Assembly (NCBI GenBank): GCA_963701085.1
Contig: OY969561.1
Location: 1,088,001-1,152,000, forward strand
Source: an uncultured bacterium
GTDB taxonomy: Bacteria; Babelota; Babeliae; Babelales; Vermiphilaceae
Direction of reading: 5' to 3'
Length of the DNA: 64,000 bases
The first letter of the stretch is position 1. Each line of letters starts with the position of its first letter. Positions 1-9,238 of the stretch are shown here, piece after piece. The position numbers and the translations under genes were made by a program. Below the pieces are notes generated by a model, which was not told the DNA's origin, made no database searches, and worked only from the letters and a program-made list of their open reading frames with translations.

Positions 1-104
1 TTCGACAGGCTCACCACGAACGGGTTTTTAAGAATTCAATTTCCCGTTCGCACTGCCTGTCCTTCGTAGCTTTAGCGAAGTAGGGAGCTTGTCGAAGTGA
101 GCGA
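1..104. repeat. Family-A inverted pair (truncated at window edge) with a 30-nt family-B unit (56-85) nested in the right arm
   Basis: ttcgacaggctcaccacgaacggg (1-24) is an imperfect inverse of cccgttcgcactg|agcttgtcgaag once 56-85 is removed. Confidence 0.8.
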
Positions 105-128
105 ATGGGAATAAGAAGGGAAAATATA

Positions 129-1130
129 ATGAATAAAAATGGAATTATAAATAATTCAACGGTAGATCCAAATAAAATTTTGCCAATGAGATATCCATGG
201 GCGCGTCAGCATTATAAAGATGGCGTTGCAAATAATTGGACGCCAGAAGAAGTATCAATGCAGCATGATGTTGAGCAATGGAAATCATCTACGGTTTTAA
301 CACCATCAGAACGCCGCTTGATTTTATGGAATCTTGGTTTCTTTTCAACGGCTGAATCGTTGACAGCAAATAATTTGGTGTTGACCGTGTATAAACACGT
401 AACCAATCCAGAATGCCGTCAATATCTATTGCGTCAGGCGTATGAAGAAGCGGTTCATACTGATACATTTATTTATTGTTGTGATTCATTGGGGTTAGAT
501 CCAGATGAAATATACAAGATGTATGAAACGGTACCTTCTATTAAAGCAAAAGATGATTTTGTGGTTGGTTTAACAAAATCAATTTTTGATCCAAATTTTA
601 CCACTGATACCACGGCAAACATTCAACGTTTTTTGCATGATTTAATTGGTTTTTACGTGATCATGGAAGGTATTTTCTTTTATGCGGGATTTGCAATGAT
701 GCTTGCATTAAAACGTCAAAATAAAATGATTGGTGTTGGTGAGCAGTTTGAATATATTATGCGTGATGAAAGTCTTCATCTTGCATTTGGTTGTGATTTG
801 ATCAACGTGATAAAATCAGAAAACCCTGAAGTGTGGACAGAGTCATTCCAACAAGAAATTGTTGAGTTGATTAAACAAGCAGTTGTGTTGGAAAAGGTTT
901 ATGCGCATGATGCGTGCCCACAAGGAATGTTTGGTATTAATGCTGAGCAGTTTGCTGAATATGTTGAGCATATAACGGATCGTCGCTTAGAGCGGATTGA
1001 TTTGCCAAAAATATATGGCACTAAAAATCCATTCCCATGGATGTCTCAATCAACTGATTTGAGCAAAGAAAAGAACTTTTTTGAATCACGTGTTACGGAG
1101 TATCAGACAGCTGGTTCATTGGAGTGGTAA
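129..1130 (+). CDS. nrdB: Ribonucleotide reductase beta subunit, class Ic (Mn/Fe) type
   Basis: FFSTAESL, EEAVHTDTF, EGIFFY, RDESLH and NFFE..VTEY motifs; ATG 129 preceded by agaaggga. Confidence 0.95.
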   Translation: MNKNGIINNSTVDPNKILPMRYPWARQHYKDGVANNWTPEEVSMQHDVEQWKSSTVLTPSERRLILWNLGFFSTAESLTANNLVLTVYKHVTNPECRQYLLRQAYEEAVHTDTFIYCCDSLGLDPDEIYKMYETVPSIKAKDDFVVGLTKSIFDPNFTTDTTANIQRFLHDLIGFYVIMEGIFFYAGFAMMLALKRQNKMIGVGEQFEYIMRDESLHLAFGCDLINVIKSENPEVWTESFQQEIVELIKQAVVLEKVYAHDACPQGMFGINAEQFAEYVEHITDRRLERIDLPKIYGTKNPFPWMSQSTDLSKEKNFFESRVTEYQTAGSLEW

Positions 1131-1152
1131 AAGTAGCATAGCTATGAATGAA

Positions 1153-1203
1153 CCTGTCCTTCGTCCTTCGACAAGCTCAGGATGAGCGGAGAGCGAAGTA
1201 GGA
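1153..1203. repeat. Family-B hairpin with a family-A arm (1165-1190) nested in its loop
   Basis: cctgtccttcgt[ccttcgacaagctcaggatgagcgga]gagcgaagtagga. Confidence 0.8.
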
Positions 1204-1305
1204 TTAATGTAGGGAGAAGAATAAAAAAATTCTTCTCCTTTTTTTTGTCAAAATAGTTATGTATAGTGCTTGTGAGATTTGTTTTTTTACATAAAGGAGT
1301 TTGGC

Positions 1306-1557
1306 ATGGAAAAGAAAATAGTTGTTGTAGCATCTCTTTTGTTGTGTGTAGTCGCATTACAGGGTATGAATACTAGTAAAAAAGTTGTTATTAAGGATAG
1401 CAAAGATTTTGACAAAATTGTTCGTGCACGCGATATGTATAAAAAGAGTAATAATATTGGTATGAGTGATGTAACAAGAGGTAATAAAATTAATTGCGAT
1501 CCTATTCAATCTTCAGATACAAAGAAGCAAGACGCTACAAAAACAGAAGAAATATAA
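1306..1557 (+). CDS. Small secreted hypothetical protein
   Basis: aaggag RBS; signal peptide ending LQG|MN. Confidence 0.7.
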   Translation: MEKKIVVVASLLLCVVALQGMNTSKKVVIKDSKDFDKIVRARDMYKKSNNIGMSDVTRGNKINCDPIQSSDTKKQDATKTEEI

Positions 1558-1583
1558 AAATGTAATAAAGAGAGGAGTGAGTT

Positions 1584-2684
1584 ATGTTGAAAAAAATAAC
1601 GAACTGTTCATTACTGATATTATCATTCTTATTCATGGCGCATGGCATGAATCATGCCGCTCAATTTCTTAAATCACCTGAGGTTCAGGAGTTGGAAAAT
1701 GTTGTTGGTCAAGCTGTTAGTAATTCTGCAGTGCAGGATGAAGCGAAAAATATTTTTAATGAAATTACTCACAACACATCGAGTATATCAACGACTACTA
1801 CAACGACCACTAATTCAACTTTGCCTACAGTACCGAGTATATTAATTAATGGTCAAGAGGAGTCTAAAAAGAGTCCAGTACCTAATTTGGATTTAGGTTC
1901 CTTTTTGTCTCCCACGAGAGCTACGAGCACCTCAATACCAAAAACACCGATTCATAACGCTAGGCAACTATCACACAATGTTGCAAATGCAAAAAGAGCA
2001 CAAACAGAGCGTAGTGCACGGGCAAGTAGCAATGGAGGCTCTCAGGATGTTGTTATTAACATGGCCAATATGCCAAAAAGAAATATGTTATCTCAATCAT
2101 CACCTCCCATTCAAGATAATGCTTTAATAGATGATTTGGCAGCAATGGAGAAAAAATATTTACCTAACGAGGTATGGGGATTTGTAGCTAAAGCGAATCC
2201 TGTTCTTCACAAATTTGCACAAGATCATAATTTATCTTTGGATGATTTTTTGATGTTTGCTGATTTGAAAAATCAATTTGATGTTTCTCCGCAGGCTGTT
2301 GTTGATCAGATAAAAAATAAATTGCCTGATGATAAAAAAATAGCTGATTGGAAGCAACGTGAAAAGTATGAGAAGATAAAAAAAAATAATCCGGACAAAT
2401 ATGAAGAAATAATTTTGGAAATTTTTAAAGATGTTCTTGATCAACAAGATGGTCAAGGTAAGCCATCAGCGTTTGCTGATACGCATATTGATTTGTTAGA
2501 AGGGCAGGTTGCTGAAGATCAGAACACTAAGCGTAATTTATGGATAGCGGTGGCTGTTAAAGCAGTAATGCTTGTTGCGGGCCTTGCGGGAACTTTAGCC
2601 TGGGGTGCTTATGGTCAAGCGCATACACCGAGCACTGCACCGACTCATGCTCCAACTTTCGCTCCTACTTTTGCTCCAGTATAA
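1584..2684 (+). CDS. Secreted hypothetical protein with S/T-rich region, C-terminal TM helix and APT(H/F) repeats
   Basis: 366-aa ORF, gaggag RBS, signal peptide, hydrophobic C-terminal segment. Confidence 0.8.
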   Translation: MLKKITNCSLLILSFLFMAHGMNHAAQFLKSPEVQELENVVGQAVSNSAVQDEAKNIFNEITHNTSSISTTTTTTTNSTLPTVPSILINGQEESKKSPVPNLDLGSFLSPTRATSTSIPKTPIHNARQLSHNVANAKRAQTERSARASSNGGSQDVVINMANMPKRNMLSQSSPPIQDNALIDDLAAMEKKYLPNEVWGFVAKANPVLHKFAQDHNLSLDDFLMFADLKNQFDVSPQAVVDQIKNKLPDDKKIADWKQREKYEKIKKNNPDKYEEIILEIFKDVLDQQDGQGKPSAFADTHIDLLEGQVAEDQNTKRNLWIAVAVKAVMLVAGLAGTLAWGAYGQAHTPSTAPTHAPTFAPTFAPV

Positions 2685-3116
2685 TTATCTATATACTTTG
2701 TTGATCAATGTTGTGAGAGCTTTTTCCGTTAATGGGCCGCCATCATAGCGGCCTATTTCTTTGCCGTTGCGTAAAAATATGAGCGTTGGAATGCTGGTGA
2801 TTTTGAAATCAGCCGATAGATCTAAGAAAAAGTCGCGATTTATTTTAATGAACCTGATATTTGGCATTACTCCTGCAACGGTTTCAACGATTGGCGATAG
2901 CCGTCTGCATGGTCCACACCAATCAGCATAAAATTGGAGAATTACGTTGCCAGTGCTGCTGAATGATTTGAGATGTGTTTGTGAAGAACCGGCTGTTTTT
3001 TTCTGGTCATGTAAATAAAAGATGTTGGTTATGGGGTTGTTGTTATTGCAAAAGAGTAAACAGGTGAATATAGGTGCTAGTAAAAGCATGACTATGAGTA
3101 AGCGTTTGTTTTTCAT
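2685..3116 (-). CDS. Thioredoxin with N-terminal signal/anchor
   Basis: FYADWCGPC and SIPTLIF motifs. Confidence 0.9.
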   Translation of the reverse strand: MKNKRLLIVMLLLAPIFTCLLFCNNNNPITNIFYLHDQKKTAGSSQTHLKSFSSTGNVILQFYADWCGPCRRLSPIVETVAGVMPNIRFIKINRDFFLDLSADFKITSIPTLIFLRNGKEIGRYDGGPLTEKALTTLINKVYR

Positions 3117-3299
3117 AATATTCTCATTATTTAATGTATGTGTCCTTATTATTAGCGTATATTTATTTTCTATTTTCGCAAATGGGGTCTCAAAAAGCCT
3201 TGTTAATGCTGTTTTTATGGGAAAATGGCTGTATACTGAGGGTATATAGGGATTTTTGGGGGGTTAAAAAGTTCCATTTCTTGTTAAATGTTCTTTCCT

Positions 3300-3693
3300 C
3301 GCGCTCGTCCTGAGTTTGTCGAAGGATATCTTCGAGCGCAGTATTAAGAGTTAAATATGCAAAATTACTTTTATCTGTATATTTTAAAATGTGTTAATGG
3401 TGCCTATTATGTAGGGCATACAGATAATATTGAACAGCGTCTGTCAGAGCATCATTTGGGTGTAATTAGTAATTGTTATACAAAAAATAAAAGACCTTTA
3501 GAGCTTGTGTTCCTACAGGATTTTCCTACAAGGGATGCTGCATTTCATGCAGAGCGCCAAGTTAAAGGATGGTCTCGTAAGAAAAAAGAAGCATTGATGA
3601 GAAGCGATTGGGAAGAAATAAGACAATTAAATGTTTTACATAAGAAACAAAGATCGCTCGAGGATATCCTTCGACAAACTCAGGACGAGCGCG
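3300..3693 (+). mobile_element. GIY-YIG cassette 1 bounded by inverted family-A repeats
   Basis: 3300-3338 and 3655-3693 are inverted repeats matching at 38/39 nt. Confidence 0.8.
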
Positions 3694-3704
3694 GGGAAGA
3701 ATAG
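3357..3704 (+). CDS. Small GIY-YIG endonuclease (UPF0213-like), copy 1; C-terminus reads through the right repeat
   Basis: YLYILKC..GAYYVGHT..R..EH, YTK..RP and AERQVKGWSRKKKEAL motifs. Confidence 0.92.
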   Translation: MQNYFYLYILKCVNGAYYVGHTDNIEQRLSEHHLGVISNCYTKNKRPLELVFLQDFPTRDAAFHAERQVKGWSRKKKEALMRSDWEEIRQLNVLHKKQRSLEDILRQTQDERGEE

Positions 3705-3742
3705 GATTTGTTTGTTGAAGAATTAGAATAATATGGAAAAGT

Positions 3743-4405
3743 ATGAATAAGCATGATAAAGCGGCATTAATAGAGCAATTGCTCGCGTATGTGACGGATA
3801 ATAAGCGTGAAAAAATGCAGGCAGTGCTTGTAAACCGCACTCGTTATATTACCGTTATCTTGGAAGATCTCTTTCAGCCGCACAATGCGAGTGCTGCATT
3901 GCGTACCTGTGATATTTTTGGAGTTCAGGATGTTCATGTGGTGGAGGCAAAACATACTTTTAAAGCAATTCCAACCATTGCTATGGGATCATCAAAATGG
4001 GTTGATGTGTATTCTTATTCATTAATCACCGATTCAATTACTGAGCTGAAAAAGCAGGGGTATCGAATAGTTGCAACAACACCACATACTGATTGTTACG
4101 AGCTACCAAATTTGCCACTTGATCAAAAAACAGCACTTGTTTTTGGTAGTGAACAAACCGGGTTATCGGAGGCTGCTTTAGCCCAGGCTGATACGTTTGT
4201 TAAAATACCCATGTATGGCTTTGTGGAAAGTTTTAATGTATCTGTGAGCGTTGCTCTTTGTTTGTATGATGTTATTAATAGATTACATCGTTCATCATAT
4301 GTATGGCAGCTTTCTGAGGACGAAAAGCACGATATCATGCTTGCATGGATTCGTAGGATATCTCAAACGGCAGCATTGCTTGAAAAAGCAGAAAAATTGG
4401 ATTAA
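3743..4405 (+). CDS. trmH: SpoU-family tRNA G18 2'-O-methyltransferase
   Basis: PHNASAALRTCD, FGSEQTG and IPMYGFVESFNVSVS motifs. Confidence 0.9.
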   Translation: MNKHDKAALIEQLLAYVTDNKREKMQAVLVNRTRYITVILEDLFQPHNASAALRTCDIFGVQDVHVVEAKHTFKAIPTIAMGSSKWVDVYSYSLITDSITELKKQGYRIVATTPHTDCYELPNLPLDQKTALVFGSEQTGLSEAALAQADTFVKIPMYGFVESFNVSVSVALCLYDVINRLHRSSYVWQLSEDEKHDIMLAWIRRISQTAALLEKAEKLD

Positions 4406-4422
4406 AAAAATTGGATTAAAAA

Positions 4423-4450
4423 AAAAGAGGAGCTGAAATGCTCCTCTTTT
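4423..4450. terminator. Bidirectional intrinsic terminator
   Basis: aaaagaggagc-tgaaat-gctcctctttt between convergent genes. Confidence 0.8.
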
Positions 4451-4473
4451 AAATTCTTATAAATAACTAAAAT

Positions 4474-4872
4474 TTAGTTACTGTCTGTTGCATATTCGTC
4501 ATCGCCAAAGATATCTTCATCAGCGTTAACATCTTGCGCATTGTATGCTTGTTGTAATTGGTACGCTGCATATGCTGCTGCAACTAATACCATAGTGCGA
4601 CCAATGTAATTGTTGTTAACATATGCTTGAAAATTTCCACCTTGTAGGTAGCTAATTTTTGTAAGTTGATTTAAAAATAAAGGATTAACAGCCCAGTTAA
4701 CGATTAAGTCTGTTGCGTCAACAGTGTATTTTGCTGCGAAAGCAAAAGGAGCTTTTGCTAAGTTAATTACTTCCGAAAAAAAATTAGATTGAGTTGAAGT
4801 TGTGTTATCCATAGAAAACACAGAAGAAGCTGTAAATAAAACTGAGAGTAATGCAATACGTGATATGTTCAT
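4474..4872 (-). CDS. Secreted hypothetical protein with acidic tail
   Basis: Signal peptide VFS|MD; 132 aa. Confidence 0.75.
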   Translation of the reverse strand: MNISRIALLSVLFTASSVFSMDNTTSTQSNFFSEVINLAKAPFAFAAKYTVDATDLIVNWAVNPLFLNQLTKISYLQGGNFQAYVNNNYIGRTMVLVAAAYAAYQLQQAYNAQDVNADEDIFGDDEYATDSN

Positions 4873-5015
4873 AGAGAGTCCTTCAGTATAGAGATTATAA
4901 TTGATGACACTGTTTTATACTTCATTGTGAAGTATCTTGACCTAAATCGTATCCGGAAAACGGCTTTGTGTCAACGGGGGGTAAAAAGGGAAAGAGGGTA
5001 TGGCTATAACCTTGT

Positions 5016-5345
5016 TCATGCGCGCGCATAGATACATTTACCATAGTGCTTAATTGAATAACTAAGCGTAGATTGATCGTTTGAATAATCATCAAATTCT
5101 TCTTTGGTGTAAACCAAAATATTTTTGGCAATTTTAACACCAATAAGAGCTTTATGTCCTTCAGCCATAAGAGCATATCGCTGTTGAAGACCAGCCATAT
5201 CATCATTTACAATTACCAGGATACCAATATCAATAGTATCTTCTCGCTGCGGTTCTAATAAATAAATTTCACGAGGGTTATATGTTTTAACAAGTCGTTT
5301 TGTGATTTCTTCTATTGTTTTTTGATCTAGTTGTTGCGTTTCCAC
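5016..5345 (-). CDS. Minimal nucleotidyltransferase (MNT)-like protein with degenerate active site
   Basis: IEEITKRLVKTYNPREIYL...ILVIV...ILVYTKEEF...GKCIYA fold pattern; GTG start after gaggt. Confidence 0.7.
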   Translation of the reverse strand: METQQLDQKTIEEITKRLVKTYNPREIYLLEPQREDTIDIGILVIVNDDMAGLQQRYALMAEGHKALIGVKIAKNILVYTKEEFDDYSNDQSTLSYSIKHYGKCIYARA

Positions 5346-5436
5346 AATGATTACCTCAACATTAAATTGATCTGTATAATAAATATACTTTATCGTTAGT
5401 TTATAGGTTATACAAACTCTTATGGAGACATTCACA

Positions 5437-5550
5437 ATGAGCAGTAGATTTGCTAAGGATTTAAAGGCATCGCTTAAAGAAGCTATTGCCTATGAGAAAG
5501 CTGGCCTGCCAGCCGTAGCTTTACGCGAAATAAATAATTTTGATTTTTAG
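5437..5550 (+). pseudogene. Probable N-terminal remnant of an HTH antitoxin-like gene, ending in a family-B repeat
   Basis: ggag RBS; MSSRFAKDLKASLKEAIAYEK then repeat-derived codons and TAG. Confidence 0.5.
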
Positions 5551-5671
5551 TCTGCCCGCCGTCGCTAAAGCTATGGCGGACAGCTTTCGCCATTTATTGT
5601 AAGTATTTTTTTTGAATTTGTATCCAACCTTTAAAAAAGCTGGCTTGCCAGCCGTAGCTTTACGCGAAGGC

Positions 5672-5674
<3 letters not shown>
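5497..5674. repeat. Three family-B hairpins adjoining the tRNA-Arg 3' end
   Basis: 33-nt direct repeat 5497-5529 / 5636-5668 (1 mismatch); inverted copy at about 5553-5583. Confidence 0.8.
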
Positions 5675-5748
<74 letters not shown>

Positions 5749-5796
5749 ATCTCATGATTATTAATTATACCAACAAATTTCAAAAAATCATTAGAA

Positions 5797-7296
5797 TTAA
5801 TAGCTTATTGGGATAAATAATTTAATAAACTCAGCGGTAATAGTGTGTATCTGTTTTTGCAGTTCATCTGATATATCCTGTGTTTGGGCGATGGTAGTAT
5901 AAACATTGGGATAGACAGATTTGATATAACTTACGCATTGAAGTGCAAAAGGGTTGACTTGGTTGAGGGCGATGGAATCAAGAAAACCTTCTTTTAAGAA
6001 TAAGAGCATAAGCGCTTGATCAACAAATGAAAATGTTATGTATTGAGGTTGTTTGAGAAGCTCAATTGCACGTTTGCCGCGTTCAAGTTGCCGGTGTGAT
6101 ACTTCGTCCAGTTCAGCGCCAAATTGAGCAAATGCAAGTAGCTCTTGATATTGGGCAAGTTCTAGACGTAAAGCGCGGGTCATTTTTTTAACTGCTTTGG
6201 TTTGCGCAGCTCCACCAACACGAGAAACTGATAACTCAGCGTTTACTGCAGGGCGAATTCCCTGATTAAAGAGGTTGGTATCAAGAAAAATTTGGCCATC
6301 GGTGATAGAAATAAGGTTTGTTGGGATATATGCGGTAATATCATCACCTTGAATTTGTACAATAGGCAATGCCGTGATGGAACCACCTTTTGCTAATTTT
6401 CCTGCACGTTCAAGCAATCGGGAATGGAGATAAAAAACGTCTCCTGGGTAAGCTTCTCGGCCTGGTGATCGTCGCAGGAGGAGTGACATTTCACGAAATG
6501 CTATAGCATGATTGCTCAGATCATCATATACAATGAGCACATCTTTGCCTTGATCGCGGAAATATTCAGCAATAGTGCATCCAACATAAGGAGCAAGATA
6601 TTGACTCAAGACTGCATCGCCAGAATCAGCACTAATAATAACTGAATATTCAAGCGCACCATTTTTTTCTAATAATGAAACAAGTCGAGCTAAGTTTGCT
6701 TGGCGTTGTCCAATGGAGACATAGATACAAATGACGTTTTTGTCTTTTTGATGCAAAATTGTATCAATCACTATTGATGATTTACCCGTACTTCTGTTAC
6801 CGACAATCAGTTCTCGCTGTCCTTTTCCGATAGGAACTAAGACATCAATTGCCAGAATACCAGTTTCGAGGGATTCATTTACGGGAGATCGCTCCATAAT
6901 ACCAGGAATATCTGTTTCTATAGGACGAAATTCTGTTGTATTAAGATCGCCAGCACCATCGCATGGTAATCCTTCAGCGGTTATAACACGGCCAAGCAGC
7001 GATGAGCCAACAGGAGTTGTAAATACTGAATGAGATCTCTTTGCTGTTTCAAGTTCTGCAACCGGAATTGATCTATCAATTAAAAAAATAGCAGCTGAGT
7101 TTTCATTGAGCTGAAAAACAATACCGCTATTTCCGCCTTCAAAGGTGATCAGTTCACCAAGCATGGCATGTGATAAACCATATACCGTACAAATGTTATC
7201 GCCAACGCGAATAACGGTACCAATTTCTTGGAGTTGTTCTTCTGGTAAATCACGCAGTGATCGTTCAAAGAGTGATATGAGATCAGTGTTTTTCAT
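5797..7296 (-). CDS. atpA: F1 ATP synthase subunit alpha
   Basis: [41 protein letters not shown] motifs. Confidence 0.97.
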   Translation of the reverse strand: MKNTDLISLFERSLRDLPEEQLQEIGTVIRVGDNICTVYGLSHAMLGELITFEGGNSGIVFQLNENSAAIFLIDRSIPVAELETAKRSHSVFTTPVGSSLLGRVITAEGLPCDGAGDLNTTEFRPIETDIPGIMERSPVNESLETGILAIDVLVPIGKGQRELIVGNRSTGKSSIVIDTILHQKDKNVICIYVSIGQRQANLARLVSLLEKNGALEYSVIISADSGDAVLSQYLAPYVGCTIAEYFRDQGKDVLIVYDDLSNHAIAFREMSLLLRRSPGREAYPGDVFYLHSRLLERAGKLAKGGSITALPIVQIQGDDITAYIPTNLISITDGQIFLDTNLFNQGIRPAVNAELSVSRVGGAAQTKAVKKMTRALRLELAQYQELLAFAQFGAELDEVSHRQLERGKRAIELLKQPQYITFSFVDQALMLLFLKEGFLDSIALNQVNPFALQCVSYIKSVYPNVYTTIAQTQDISDELQKQIHTITAEFIKLFIPISY

Positions 7297-7309
7297 ATTT
7301 TTTTGCTTT

Positions 7310-7855
7310 CTATTTTTCTAACTTCTGCAAGGTTTGCAGATGCTTGCGTACTGAATATTCCCAGAGATAATCATCGCTTTGCAATCTGAGGCCTGCAATA
7401 AGTGATGGATCAAGGGAAGGTGTACCGGTAATGTTTTTATTAAGTAATTGCCCAAGGAATTTTTTAATTGATTCAATTTGTTTTTCATGAAGATTGTGAG
7501 CGCTTTTAAGAGAAAATTCAACGTTGTTAGTTTGGTTATTATAGAGCTTGATAATACAGAATAGTACATCAGGGATGTAAAAAGAGCGATCGTGTGTAAT
7601 AAGTAGCAACATAATTGCTGATAGCTGATGCGGTAAAGAGAAGTGTCCAATAAGGTCAGCAATCATTGATTTTTTTCTTTTTTGGTCAAACTGTGGTAAT
7701 TGCAAGAAAAGTAGCGTTTGCTTATGTTTTTGTAAAAATTTTTGCGCTATGAAGATTTTTCCTATATCAGCAAAAGAGCACGCTTTGGGGAAAACAGTCA
7801 TAAAAGCAGCAGCGTATTTTTTTGAAATATTTCTATCAATAGGTGTGTAATTCAC
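7310..7855 (-). CDS. atpH: ATP synthase subunit delta
   Basis: KKYAAAF and LDPSLIAGL motifs; position before atpA. Confidence 0.85.
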   Translation of the reverse strand: MNYTPIDRNISKKYAAAFMTVFPKACSFADIGKIFIAQKFLQKHKQTLLFLQLPQFDQKRKKSMIADLIGHFSLPHQLSAIMLLLITHDRSFYIPDVLFCIIKLYNNQTNNVEFSLKSAHNLHEKQIESIKKFLGQLLNKNITGTPSLDPSLIAGLRLQSDDYLWEYSVRKHLQTLQKLEK

Positions 7856-8349
7856 GATATTCTTTCATCCATAAAGTGAAGAATTGAATTAAGATACGCT
7901 GATCCCTGCTGTTGATCTTTAAATTGAGTAGAAAGAGATTTTTTTACATCAGCAACAACAGTTTGAGTGATAATATTTTTAACGCGGCTATGTTCACGTT
8001 GAATAGCATTATAAGCCATGCGCTTGTGTACGATTGCTACGGTGCTATTGTGTTCTTTTTCTTGATATTCCCGTTCAAGAGCAACTGCTTTTTTCCACTC
8101 ATCAATTTTTGATCTAAATTTTTCACATTGCAAGGCATCTGTTTTGAGAAGAATATCAAGATTTAATTGTTGTTTTTCAAGATGCGCTTGTTGTAAAAAG
8201 AGAGAATCTTGCATCTCCTTTTTTCGTGCTATGCTTAAAAAAAGGTCAGGCATAACATGTTTTTTAAAAAGAATAAAACCAACGCTGAGTAGAGCGGCAA
8301 AGTTGATGAGTCTAAACGCGATGGCAATAATGTCTTGATTAGTGAACAT
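7852..8349 (-). CDS. atpF: ATP synthase subunit b
   Basis: N-terminal TM (LINF) plus coiled coil; operon position. Confidence 0.75.
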   Translation of the reverse strand: MFTNQDIIAIAFRLINFAALLSVGFILFKKHVMPDLFLSIARKKEMQDSLFLQQAHLEKQQLNLDILLKTDALQCEKFRSKIDEWKKAVALEREYQEKEHNSTVAIVHKRMAYNAIQREHSRVKNIITQTVVADVKKSLSTQFKDQQQGSAYLNSILHFMDERIS

Positions 8350-8713
8350 GTTTTATTTTTTCCTCTATAATGCCGTGTACGTCAGCGATTATATGCGCTA
8401 TGTCTGTGGGTGATAATTCAGCAGGTGCGGCAATACTGTTTTCTGTATCGTCTACAAAGAACGGTATTTCTTTAGGAAGATGTGGTTGATGCGTGTTAAA
8501 GTATTCCTGACAAATGTGCCAGTGGCGTTGCCGTTCTTTTTCTTGAATTTCAAGGCTTTTTTTCTGTTGATCAATGATATCAATCATAGCATTTTCCTGG
8601 GCTTTTTCATGCTCAATAACGCTGACGACTGGTTTAAATAAAAAAAATCGCACCATCCAATAGACAATAAAAAAATTGAACGCTTGGACAAAAAGTGTTG
8701 CATTTATATTCAT
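8339..8713 (-). CDS. ATP synthase subunit b'
   Basis: MNINATLFVQAFNFFIVYW..FFLFKPV motif. Confidence 0.8.
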   Translation of the reverse strand: MNINATLFVQAFNFFIVYWMVRFFLFKPVVSVIEHEKAQENAMIDIIDQQKKSLEIQEKERQRHWHICQEYFNTHQPHLPKEIPFFVDDTENSIAAPAELSPTDIAHIIADVHGIIEEKIKHVH

Positions 8714-8718
8714 TGAGA

Positions 8719-8973
8719 TCACCCAATTTGAGAGCCAAAGAGTAGCAATGCGCCAGAAATTAAGAGGCAATAGATTGAAGACGATTCTACGATAATAAGT
8801 GCAAAAATCATTGTTGAACGAATTTTATTTGCGCTTTCTGGATACTTGCCAATATTTTCACATGCCTTCATGCCAATGATTCCTTGACCAAGAGCTGGAC
8901 CAAGACTTCCCACGCCCATCGTTATTGCGGCACCGAGAAAAGCAGCTGCTTTTGCATAAAAGATTCCATCCAT
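8719..8973 (-). CDS. atpE: ATP synthase subunit c with Na+-binding signature
   Basis: Gly-rich helix 1 GPALGQG; helix 2 IVESSSIY. Confidence 0.93.
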   Translation of the reverse strand: MDGIFYAKAAAFLGAAITMGVGSLGPALGQGIIGMKACENIGKYPESANKIRSTMIFALIIVESSSIYCLLISGALLLFGSQIG

Positions 8974-9238
8974 GGATGACCCCTTTATTTATAATTATTG
9001 TTGTTATTACCTTCTTTTCCTAGTGTAACGCCTTTTTTTATTTTTTCACAAGAATAATCTTGACAAAAGGCTTATTTTTGACAGAAATCGTTAAAGTTGC
9101 TCTTTGGTTGCAGTGAGGGTAGTATCATTTTTTCTAAAATTTTGTAATAATCATTACTATAACCATCGATATAATGGCATGATTTATCTGTTATTTTTAA
9201 AAAAAATCTGAAATTTAATCAAAGAAATATAAAAAATT

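Noticed and set aside
3300-3693. Classical IS element or intron-encoded homing endonuclease
   Set aside because: No DDE/HUH transposase motifs, no evident target duplication, no intron core, and the protein lacks an appended DNA-binding domain
4392-4420. Tandem aaaattggattaaa duplication at the trmH stop
   Set aside because: Simple local slippage with no evident function
5594-5640. Possible GIY-YIG C-terminal remnant between B repeats ([13 protein letters not shown] on the minus strand)
   Set aside because: Too short and AT-rich to distinguish from chance
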